Made by a program: the position numbers and the translations under genes. Positions 53,601 to 64,000 of a stretch of DNA of 64,000 bases are shown here, piece after piece. Source of the stretch: Antedon mediterranea (Eukaryota; Animalia; Echinodermata); NCBI RefSeq assembly GCF_964355755.1, contig NC_092675.1, forward strand, positions 25,888,912 through 25,952,911, in the 5' to 3' direction. The stretch's first letter is position 1. Every line of letters begins with the position of its first letter. The notes under the pieces are model-generated. The model was not told the origin of the DNA. It saw only the letters and a program-made list of their open reading frames with translations, and ran no database searches.

Positions 53601-56600
53601 ACCATGTATTAATGGTGGTAGTTGCCAGGTTGAAATCGATGGCAGCTACACTTGTCTTTGTACATCAGGATTTACAGGAAACAACTGTGACTTTCGTGAG
53701 TAATGCTTTTAATTATTATTATTATAATTTTTTCATTTTTATTTCTGTTTTTTGTATTTCTTTATTTTCTAATCATCATACTTATTTATTTATTTTTATT
53801 ATCACTGATTTATTATTAAATAAGTTGCCATTTGCTTTTGCTCTTTTATAACATTTTCTGCTGATTGTTCACCGCTTAGAAGCACCCTGCATTTTGCGCT
53901 GTATTAAATTGAACATTATTAATATTATTGTTATAAGTTATAAGTTCATTACATTCTGTTTTTTTTAAAGTTCTGTTTTGTTCTGATTTCCTCTAATAAG
54001 TAAACTTTATTCATTTTAGAAACTCTATCATCCTGTTCAAGCCTACCATGTTTGAATGGTGGTATTTGTCAACTTAGAAATGATGGTGGCTACAACTGTC
54101 TTTGCCAGTCACCTTTTTCTGGAAATAATTGTGAATTTGGTAAGAATTCTAATAAGGAATTTATCAGTTTGAATTGCTAATCATGTGAAATTGAATACCA
54201 AGATTCTCAGTATTTAGTTGTTTAAATAACTAGTGAGTTATCTGTCATGGACCATTTGGTTCAGGGATGATTCCTTTGGGCGGGACCTAAACTGATGGCC
54301 CTTCATTTTAAATAAGTATAGAGGCATGTTCTTACTTAATTTTATACAGGAAACACTGAATATCTGAATGTATCTCAAATTATATTCATCTATCCATATA
54401 ATAATTTCATTTCCTTTATGCTTGGTTTAGACATCTTCGTTATCATGATCCTACATTTTGTTTATACAAAATAGTTTAAAAAAAACAAAAATTACTGACC
54501 GCATCATATGTAAACTATGATTTGATTTTTTAAATGATGAATGAAAATAAATATTTTTTCTTTTTCAGGTATAGATTACTGTGCGCTTTATCAGCCTTGC
54601 TTTAATGGTGGTATGTGCATGAACCAGGCTGGTGGCAGTGTTGTGTGCCTTTGTACTGAAAACTTTTCAGGAGTTCAATGTGCAACACGTACGATATTAA
54701 CTAGTCTATTTAAAATTAGAAAAAATTTATATTAATACTATCTACTAAAATAGTTCAAGGAATGTTTTCAAGGAATGTTTTCGCCAATACCACCTTATTG
54801 CTACACATTTATCAAATTATTTTAAAGTTGTAGCAGAGGTTAAACTACATTCAAATTATAGAGTCCTGATTTAATTCCTGTCAATCTTATGTAGAGTATT
54901 TTGTGTTTGTTCTATGAACATTTTACCACTTAGACTTTGGAACTATAAAAGATTTTATTAATTCATTCAATCTTTATTTACTTTAAATCATTATTCTTAC
55001 AACAATACATAAACTTAAAGAAATATAATATTTATTTATTTATTTATTCTTTCTTTATTCTGCAAGCACTTTCAGTACTAGTGCACTGATTTCCAAAGTG
55101 GTACAGTAATTAAAAATATAACAAACATAATAAAATAAAGACAAAGAGTAATTGAAATATACATTAAAAATAGCAATCAATTTTAGAAAACAAAAAATTC
55201 AGTTAAAAATGTTGAGTACTAATTGTATTTTGGAATGAAGTTATTGAAAAATCTTTAAAGTTAATTTTTGATTCATTTGGAAGTTCATTCCAGCTTTTAG
55301 ATGAACGATAAGTAAAGGTTTTTTTGCCTTGACAAATGTTCCAGGTGGGGACAACTAAATTGAATATGAATATATATAATACAACTGCACTAGAATCACC
55401 TTCTGCATGAGTGTAGAAGTAAAATATTAAGATGTCCTCTTATTGTTACAGCTGTTACAAATGCCTGTTCCAGCTCTCCGTGTAATAATGGTGCCACATG
55501 CAGTAGTCAGGATGGAATATTCCAATGTGATTGTCCTACGGGATATACAGGATTAACTTGTGACACAGGTAAGTCAGAGTCAAATTATATAACTTAGTGC
55601 TAACCAATCAGTGTTGATAAGTATGCTCCAATTAAGTGGAAGATGAAAATAGTATGTACTCATTATCTATCATTCTTAAATACCATTTAGCACAGATTGT
55701 TTATTTTTTAATCTAAAAATTACAGCCTTCACTTTACAAATCTCAACTAACAACAGTAGTAGTAGTAGAAGTAGCCTTGGCTAAGAAAGTTTATGAATAT
55801 TGTTGGAAATACAAAATATCTCTTATTTAAAAAAATAGTTGTTTTTGCCTGTGAAAGCAGCCCATGTTTGAATAGTGGCACCTGTGTTGACATCGGATTG
55901 AATGTGTATTCTTGCACGTGTCCAACTGCTTACCAGGGTACTCGTTGCGAGATTCTTACAAGTAAGTAAATTTGTTGATTGTACTCTTGTTGTTTTTTCA
56001 TTTATTACTTTCCATATTTAAAATACAGTATTGTGTATTTGGAAAGATTACTACATTATTGTTTATTACTTTAATGCGTTTATTACAGGTACAATTCGAC
56101 CATGTGAAAGTGACCCCTGTTTAAATGGAGGTTCTTGCTTTGATAACCCTAATATCTACATTTGTTTTTGTCAAGAAGGCTTTGTAGGTACCAACTGTCA
56201 GTCAATAATAGGTATATATCTTTTTTCTAAATACATTTTTTATTACAGTTATAGTTTTAGATATAAATAACTGTAATTTTTTCTACATTTGTATGTATTA
56301 CTTAGACGTTTTTTATTTTGTTGTAAACTCTTCATTCAACCTTCTGGTTGTCTTTGAATAATTTATATCATTCGATCAATTCTAGAACATATGTGTTGCA
56401 TTTATAGCTACTATTTTGAACTTACTAAATGCAGTACCCTGTTTTGATTTTATTAAAATATTGAAAATATCTTGCTGTTTAACATGTATACCTGTAACAA
56501 AAAAATGTGAATAAAACAAGGACATCAAACATATCAATTAATGACAGGAAAATGAATGGTTTTTGATGCATTTAAAACAAGAATTCACTAAAACATAGTT

Positions 56601-59600
56601 AAATGCCAATATGCACACTTTAATTTTACAAAATCTGCACCTGAATCAGAAAATTACTATAAACATTGTCGAAAATAGTAAACTAAACACAGAGTATATT
56701 TTCTTTTACAGGCATGTTGCCATGTGATAGTAATCCTTGTCTTAATGGAGGAACTTGCATGACATCTGAATCTGAAACATCTTTCTTCTGCCAATGCCCA
56801 GAGAGTTTTACAGGGGTAAATTGTGAAACAGTGGTTATTATGCCATGTGATAGCAATCCTTGCCTCAATGGAGGAACTTGTATGACATCTGGAATGTCTT
56901 TTTTCTGCCAATGTCCAGAGAGTTTTACAGGTGTAAATTGTGAAACAGCGGTTATTATGCCATGTGATAGCAATCCATGTCTTAATGGAGGAAGTTGTAT
57001 GACATCTGGAATGTCTTTCTTCTGCCAATGCCCAGAGAGTTTTGCTGGTGTAAACTGTGAAACAGTGGTTATTATGCCATGTGATAGCAATCCTTGCCTC
57101 AATGGAGGAACTTGTATGACATCTGCAATGTCTTTCTTCTGCCAATGTCCAGAGAGTTTTACTGGTGTAAACTGTGAAACAGCGGTTATTACGCCATGTG
57201 ATAGCAATCCATGTCTTAATGGAGGAAGTTGTATGACATCTGGAATGTCTTTTTTCTGCCAATGCCCAGAAGGATTTACTGGTGTAAACTGTGAAACAGC
57301 GGTTACTATGCCATGTGATAGCAATCCATGTCTTAATGGAGGAACTTGTACGACATCTGGATTGTCTTTTTTCTGTCAATGCCCACAGAGTTTTACCGGT
57401 GTAAACTGTGAAACAGCGGTTATTATGCCATGTGATAGCAATCTTTGTCTTAATGGGGGAACTTGTATTTCATTTGGAACATCTTTCTTCTGCCAATGCC
57501 CAGAGAGTTTTACTGGTGTAAACTGTGAAACAGCGGTTATTACGGCATGTGATAGCAATCCTTGTCTTAATGGAGGAAGTTGTATAGCATCTGGAACATC
57601 TTACTTCTGCCAATGTCCTGAAAGTTTTGCTGGTGTAAACTGTGAAACAGCGATTATTGCGCCATGTGATAGCAATCCTTGTCTTAATGGAGGAACTTGT
57701 ATGACATCTGGAATGTCTTTCTTCTGCCAATGTCCAGAGAGTTTTACTGGTGTAAACTGTGAAACAGCGGTTACTATACCATGTGATAGCAATCCTTGTC
57801 TCAATGGAGGAACCTGTATTTCCTTTGATAGCATATACATCTGTCAGTGTTCTTCTATGTATGGTGGCAACAACTGTGAGAATGAAGGTAGATACATTAT
57901 TTAGTAAGCTGTAATTAAGGTCATTTTGTAATAAGCTAAATTGGTTTTTGTAATATGCACACAGAATTGTAATAGCCATCACAACAAGAACATTTCTGTT
58001 TTTTTTTACAATATATTTACTATCATAAAGCCCTGAATTTTAATATTTTATTTTCATTCCTTTTTAGTTCCTATAGTGTGTAATAGTAATCCATGTTTGA
58101 ATGGTGGACAGTGCTTAAGTAGCGGTGACTCATATACTTGTAACTGTCTGACTGGCTATGCTGGAGACAGTTGTGAACGAGGTAACCTTTCTTAACAGTA
58201 GTCTATTAAATGGCCCCATATTGTGAAGTAAAACATAATACCACATTTGCACTAGTGAATAACCTGCCCCTAATGGTAAATATATTCCATTGTTGTAAGG
58301 TGTCTTCTCTTGTATTGCTTCCATAAGATTGTAGGCTTATTGGCTTCCTGATTATTTCTGCTTTACAGTATTGTTTTCACATTCCCCAATTGTTACTCTA
58401 AAATAAAGATCCTGCTGTAACCTAAGGGATGTTTAAACTCCTTGCCAATTAAATTTGTTAGGATCACAATAAAATGTTTCTGAACTTTTAAACTTAATTT
58501 ATTGAGACATATCATAAATTGCTAAATAACTTTATTTTTAGAAACATTGTGTGATAGTGCTCCTTGTTTCAATGATGGTACATGCCTTCAATTGGGATCA
58601 GCTGCATATTTGTGTTTCTGTCAACCTGGATTCAGTGGTGTCAAATGTGAACTTGGAGGTAGCATTGTAGTGATCATTATTAGACATACATATTCCTTAA
58701 CTTTTAAAAGGATTTTGAAATACTATTATGTTTATAAACATTCACAAAACATACGGTAGCGGTATAAATGCTAAAATGCATACAGATTTGTCAGTAAAAC
58801 AAGGCCAACAGCCATAAGTCACGTGCTAAAACGCATAGTGATACCGGACCGACAGACAGACCAACAGACCGACAGACCGACCGACCGACATAGTGAACTA
58901 TAGAGTCGCCGCATCCACGCAACTAAAAAGTATGTATGAAATATTTTCAGACCAACTCAATGAATATACAATGATCTTTATAAGTGTTACTTTGTATTAA
59001 ATTCACCTTTTCTTGCAACCTTTTTAGTAAATGTGCTTTAGGGTTTTTTTTCTGCAAAAGTTACAATACACTACATATACATACATTTTACATATTTCTT
59101 CTATATATATCTATTAATTAATTAATTAATTTGTATGTTTAATATTAATTTAAATTCAAAACAGTTGACCAAGTTCACACCATTCAGTTTTAAAAGTTAT
59201 GAATTTTTTAATGAATTGTTTTCTAGATGCAGTTACTGAACCTGGAGTAACAACTCCTTTTCCTGAAATAACTGAGGTTAGACCTACAGAAACATCAAAA
59301 TCGACTATGACTACAGATTCATTGGCAAGCATGAATTTTAATACTACTGTTCTTGTCACTGAATCCACAAGTGAATTTGTGTCTGAATCTAAAGGAGGTT
59401 CTGATAGTGAATTTGAGTCTGATGTGTCTGCATCTGAAGATGGTTCTGATAGTGAATTTGAGTCTGATGTGTCTGAATCTGAAGGAGGTTCTGATAGTGA
59501 CTTTGAATCTGAATCTGAGGGAGGTTCCGATAGTGAATTTGAGTCTGAATCTGAAGGAGGTTCTGATAGTGAATTTAAGTCTGAATCTGAAGGAGGTTCT

Positions 59601-62600
59601 GATAGTGAATTTGAGTCTGAATCTGAAGGAGGTTCTGATAGCAAATTTGAGTCTGATGTCTCTGCATCTGAAGGAGGTTCGGATAGTGAATTTGTGTCTG
59701 ATGTGTCAGAATCTGAAGGAGCTTCTGATAGTGAATTTGAGTCTGAATCTGAAAGAGGTTCTGATAGTGAATTTGTGTCTGCATCTGAAGGAGGTTCTGA
59801 TAGTGAATTTGTGTCTGATGTGTCAGAATCTGAAGGAAGTTCTGATAGTGTATTCGAGTCTGATGTGTCAGAATCTGAAGGAGCTACTGATAGTGAATTT
59901 GGATCTGAATCTGAAGGAGGTTCTGATAGTGAATTTGGATCTGATGTGTCAGAATCTAAAGGAGGTTCTGATAGTGAATTTGAGTCTGATGTGTCAGAAT
60001 CTGAAGGAGGTTCTGATAGTGAATTTGAGTCTGAATCTGAAGGAGGTTCTGATAGTGAATTTGAATCTGATGTGTCAGAATCTGAAGGAGGTTCTGATAG
60101 TGAATTTGAATCTGATGTGTCAGAATCTGAAGGAGCTTCTGATAGTGAATTTGAGTCTGATGTGTCAGAATCTGAAGGAGGTTCTGATAGTGAATTTGAG
60201 TCTAAATCTGAAGGAGGTTCTGATAGTGAATTTGTGTCTGCATCTGAAGGAGGTTCTGATAGTGAATTTGTGTCTGATGTGTCAGAATCTGAAGGAAGTT
60301 CTGATAGTGTATTCGAGTCTGATGTGTCAGAATCTGAAGGAGCTTCTGATAGTGAATTTGAGTCTGAATCTGAAGGAGCTTCTGATAGTGAATTTGAATC
60401 TGATGTGTCAGAATCTAAAGGAGGTTCTGATAGTGAATTTGAGTCTGATGTGTCAGAATCTGAAGGAGTTTCTGATAGTGAATTTGAGTCTGAATCTGAA
60501 GGAGGTTCTGATAGTGAATTTGAATCTGATGTGTCAGAATCTGAAGGAGGTTCTGATAGTGAATTTGAATCTGATGTGTCAGAATCTGATGGAACTTCTG
60601 ATAGTGATATTGAGTCTGATGTGTCAGAATCTGAAGGAGCTTCTGATAGTGAATTTGAGTCTGAATCTGAAGGAGGTTCTGATAGTGAATTTGTGTCTGC
60701 ATCTGAAGGAGCTTCTGATAGTGATATTGAGTCTGATGTGTCAGAATCTGAAGGAGCTTCTGATAGTGAATTTGAGTCTGAATCTGAAGGAGGTTCTGAT
60801 AGTGAATTTGTGTCTGCATCTGAAGGAGGTTCTGATAGTGAATTTGGGTCTGATATGTCAGAATCTGAAGGAAGTTCTGATAGTGTATTCGAGTCTAATG
60901 TGTCAGAATCTGATGGAACTTCTGATAGTGATATTGAGTCTGATGTGTCAGAATCTGAAGGAGCTTCTGATAGTGAATTTGAGTCTGAATCTGAAGGAGG
61001 TTCTGATAGTGAATTTGTGTCTGCATCTGAAGGAGCTTCTGATAGTGATATTGAGTCTGATGTGTCAGAATCTGAAGGAGCTTCTGATAGTGAATTTGAG
61101 TCTGAATCTGAAGGAGGTTCTGATAGTGAATTTGTGTCTGCATCTGAAGGAGGTTCTGATAGTGAATTTGGGTCTGATATGTCAGAATCTGAAGGAAGTT
61201 CTGATAGTGTATTCGAGTCTAATGTGTCAGAATCTGAAGGAGCTTCTGATAGTGAATTTGAGTCTGAATCTAAAGGAGGGTCTGATAGTGAATTTGAATC
61301 TGATGTGTCAGAATCTAAAGGAGGTTCTGATAGTGAATTTGAGTCTGATGTGTCAGAATCTGAAGGAGGTTCTGATAGTGAATTTGAGTCTGAATCTGAG
61401 GGAGGTTCTGATAGTGAATTTGAGTCTGAATCTGAAGGAGGTTCTGATAGTGAATTTGAGTCTGAATCTGAAGGAGGTTCTGATAGTAAATTAGTGTCTG
61501 AATCTGAAGGAGGTTCTGATAGCAAATTTGAGTCTGATGTCTCTGCATCTGAAGGAGGTTCTGATAGTGAATTTGTGTCTGATGTGTCAGAATCTGATGG
61601 AGCTTCTGATAGTGAATTTGAGTCTGAATCTGAAAGAGGTTCTGATAGTGAATTTGTGTCTGCATCTGAAGCAGGTTCTGATAGTGAATTTGTGTCTGAT
61701 GTGTCAGAATCTGAAGGAAGTTCTGATAGTGTATTCGAGTCTGATGTGTCAGAATCTGAAGGAGCTTCTGATAGTGAATTTGATTCTGAATCTGAAGGAG
61801 GTTCTGATAGTGAATTTGAGTCTGATGTGTCAGTATCTGAAGGAGGTTCTGATAGTGAATTTGACTCTGAATCTGAAGGAGGTTCTGATAGTGAATTTGA
61901 ATCTGATGTGTCAGAATCTGAAGGAGGTTCTGATAGTGAATTTGAATCTGATGTGTCAGAATCTGAAGGAGCTTCTGATAGTGAATTTGAATCTGAATCT
62001 GAAAGAGGTTCTGATAGTGAATTTGAGTCTGATGTGTCAGAATCTGAAGGAGGTTCTGATAGTGAATTTGTGTCAGAATCTGAAGGAGGTTCTGATAGTG
62101 AATTTGAGTCTGATGTGTCTGAATCTGAAGGAGGTTCTGATAGTGAATTTGAATCTGATGTGTCAGAATCTGAAGGAGCTTCTGATAGTGAATTTGAATC
62201 TGAATCTGAAAGAGGTTCTGATAGTGAATTTGAGTCTGATGTGTCAGAATCTGAAGGAGGTTCTGATAGTGAATTTGTGTCAGAATCTGAAGGAGGTTCT
62301 GATAGTGAATTTGAGTCTGATGTGTCTGAATCTGAAGGAGGTTCTGTTAGTGAATTTGAATCTGATGTTTCAGAATCGGAAGGAGGTTCTGTTAGTGAAT
62401 TTGAATCTGATGTGTCAGAATCGAAGGTAGGTTCTGATAGTTACTTTGAGTCTGATGTGTCTGAGTCTGAAAGAGGTTCTGATAGTGAATTTGTGTCTGA
62501 TGTTTCAGAATCAGAAAGAGCTTCTGATAGTGAATTTGAGTCTGATGTGTCTGTATCTGAGAGAGGTTCTGATAGTGAAGTTGAGTCTGATGTGTCTGAA

Positions 62601-63941
62601 TCTGAAGATGGTTCTGATAGTGAATTTGAATCTGATGTGTCAGAATCGGAAGGAGGTTCTGTTAGTGAATTTAAATCTGATGTGTCAGAATCGAAGGTAG
62701 GTTCTGATAGTTACTTTGAGTCTGATGTGTCTGAGTCTGAAAGAGGTTCTGATAGTGAATTTGTGTCTGATGTTTCAGAATCTGAAAGAGGTTCTGATAG
62801 TGAAATTGAGTCCGATGTGTCTGTATCTGAGAGAGGTTCTGATAGTGAATTTGAGTCTGATGTGTCTGAGTCTGAAAGAGGTTCTGATAGTGAATTTGAG
62901 TCTGATGTTTCTGAATCTGAAGATGGTTCTGATAGTGAATTTGAGTCTGATGTGTCTGAGTCTGAAAGAGGTTCTGATAGTGAATTTGAGTCTGATGTTT
63001 CAGAATCTGAAAGAGGTTCTGATAGTGAATTTGAGTCTGATGTGTCTGTATCTGAGAGAGGTTCTGATAGTGAAGTTGAGTCTGATGTGTCCGAATCTGA
63101 AGATGGTTCTGATAGTGAATTTGAATCTGATGTGTCAGAATCGGAAGGAGGTTCTGTTAGTGAATTTGAATCTGATGTGTCAGAATCAAAGGTAGGTTCT
63201 GATAGTGACTTTGAGTCTGATGTGTCTGAAAGTGGTTCTGATAGTGAATTTGTGTCTGATGTTTCAGAATCAGAAAGAGGTTCTGATAGTGAATTTGAGT
63301 CTGATGTGTCTGTATCTGAGAGAGGTTCCGATAGTGAAGTTGAGTCTGATGTGTCTGAATCTGAAGATGGTTCTGATAGTGAATTTGAATCTGATGTGTC
63401 AGAATCGGAAGGAGGTTCTGTTAGTGAATTTGAATCCGATGTGTCAGAATCAAAGGTAGGTTCTGATAGTGAAATTGAGTCTGATGTGTCTGTATCTGAG
63501 AGAGGTTCTGATAGTGAATTTGAGTCTGATGTGTCTGAATCTGAAGATGGTTCTGATAGTGAATTTGAGTCCGATGTTTCTGAATCTGATGTAAGGTCTG
63601 ATAGTGAATTTGAATCTGATGTGTCAGAATCTGAAGGAGGTTTTGATAGTGAATTTGAGTCAGATGTGTCTGGATCTGAAGGAGGTTCTGATAGTGAATT
63701 TGAGTCTGAATCTGAAGGAGGTTCTGATGTGTCAGATAGTGATTTAGAATCAGAAAACTCTGAAGGATTGGAATCAATTGATGTCACAGACATAATGCAT
63801 GATGTGTCCATGGTAACATACACAAATGGCATGTCTAGCACAAGTAGCTCTAGAACAAAGTTTGATGAACCAACACTTGCTCCGATCACTGGCATGAGTA
63901 ACATAGCAACCTTTTCCATGGCTTCTCACACTTCATTAATG
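41610..63941 (+). CDS. Large secreted protein: signal peptide + 21 EGF-like repeats + ~1450-aa Ser/Glu/Asp repeat domain; probably continues past the window
   Basis: Exons 41610-41670 (signal [20 protein letters not shown]), 45113-45226, 52345-52467, 53008-53130, 53576-53695, 54020-54139, 54569-54688, 55452-55568, 55839-55961, 56089-56211, 56712-57887 (10 EGF), 58068-58181, 58542-58658, 59227-63941 (or to the stop at 63977). All introns up to the last exon are phase 1. Confidence 0.85.
41807..41878 (-). tRNA. tRNA-Val(AAC)-like gene, probably a pseudogene
   Basis: Perfect GGTTTCG/CGAAACC acceptor stem, TCTGC-TTAACAC-GCAGA anticodon arm, GGTTCGA T loop and a T5 terminator. Mismatches in the D and T stems and a non-A discriminator. 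Confidence 0.65.
42089..42160 (-). pseudogene. Degenerate tRNA-Val-derived copy (anticodon mutated to AAT)
   Basis: GGCTTCTTGGCGTAGTGGTTATCACGTTTGCTCAATACGCAGAAGGTACCTGGTTCGAGCCCGGGCTAAACC plus a T run; the acceptor stem is broken. Confidence 0.7.
46182..47642. mobile_element. Cluster of small DNA-transposon remnants
   Basis: TACAGTCAATTCTCC...GGAGAGTTTACTG (46182-46353); TACAGTAGAACTTCTC element from ~46553 with a nested AAAGCCTGTTTTCCTG...CAGGAAAACAGGCTTT (46727-46933); TACCGTAAATCTTCTAAT...ATTAGAAGATTAACGGTA (47210-47642). Confidence 0.65.
49322..49460 (+). mobile_element. Third copy of the hammerhead-bearing repeat (GAAAC>GAAAA)
   Basis: TTCTCACTCCTGAGGACGATCAAAGCATATTGATCGAAAAGTCGAGAA...GATTTCGCCATGCAAACC. 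Confidence 0.7.
51504..52295 (-). mobile_element. 5'-truncated non-LTR retrotransposon (Rex-Babar/L2-like): RT C-terminus and 3' tail
   Basis: Open frame ...[14 protein letters not shown]...[20 protein letters not shown]...SHPLH...[10 protein letters not shown] (to 51641), followed by a (TTATC)n tail at ~51504-51520. Confidence 0.85.
55030..55365 (-). mobile_element. LINE (L2/CR1-like) 3' fragment with (AAAT)n tail
   Basis: Translates [17 protein letters not shown]; the tail is seen as (ATTT)n at ~55030. Confidence 0.55.
56714..57880 (+). repeat. Coding tandem array, ~117-bp EGF unit x10 in one exon
   Basis: Near-identical [11 protein letters not shown](T/S)C...[16 protein letters not shown] units. 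Confidence 0.95.
58797..58929. mobile_element. Short Helentron/DINE-1-like element
   Basis: AAACAAG start, (GACA/GACC)n microsatellite, TATAGAGTCGC...GCAACTAAAAA end. Confidence 0.55.
59369..63730 (+). repeat. Coding minisatellite of 45-bp ([15 protein letters not shown]) and 36-bp ([12 protein letters not shown]) units
   Basis: Roughly 100 units without a frameshift. Higher-order duplications are visible, e.g. a 324-bp period around 60580-61225. Confidence 0.95.
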
Positions 63942-64000
63942 GTAATTTTCGTAAAACTTCATAACATGGTATTGTAAAATTATTTTAGCATATGTGAATA

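Noticed and set aside
56657-57982. Antisense ORFs over the EGF array
   Set aside because: Shadows of the 117-bp coding repeat, with no independent gene signals.
45113-58658. Notch, Delta, Crumbs or fibropellin identity for the EGF gene
   Set aside because: No DSL, LNR, LamG, CUB or avidin domain is visible in the window, and most repeats lack the Ca-binding consensus, so no symbol was assigned.
56714-63730. CRISPR-like regular repeats
   Set aside because: Eukaryotic coding tandem repeats without unique spacers; no cas genes.
59156-63919. Long antisense (789 and 402 aa) and frame-shifted (713 and 300 aa, Leu/Asn-rich) ORFs over the acidic repeat
   Set aside because: These are by-products of a stop-poor repeat unit. 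Only the S/E/D frame is unbroken across the array and in phase with the upstream EGF exons.

Overview
AT-rich, intron-rich eukaryotic (metazoan) genomic DNA. It is most likely an echinoderm-type deuterostome; this is inferred from starfish-like sPLA2s and a Deu-type SINE. Gene models were assembled by hand from GT/AG sites and exon phase. (1) A bidirectional promoter (~220-555) between the first exon of a minus-strand gene that leaves the window and a 20-exon, ~986-aa secreted/ER multi-thioredoxin-fold protein (555-11663). (2) A cluster of four intact group I secretory phospholipase A2 genes (15190-27914); one is absent from the ORF track and has an extra 15th Cys. (3) A single-coding-exon coiled-coil protein with a PKI-like kinase pseudosubstrate, RRGRRGAI (29233-29802). 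(4) Elongation factor 1-delta (30566-38065, minus), with a perfect 319-bp duplication over its start codon. (5) A large secreted protein with 21 EGF repeats followed by ~1450 aa of Ser/Glu/Asp repeats (41610 to at least 63941). Introns carry many MITEs, a solo LTR, tRNA- and 5S-derived SINEs, LINE 3' fragments, Helentron-like elements (one enclosing two tRNA-Val-like copies) and three copies of a repeat with a minimal hammerhead ribozyme core. Dense TAGGCCTA clusters sit just downstream of the putative housekeeping promoters.
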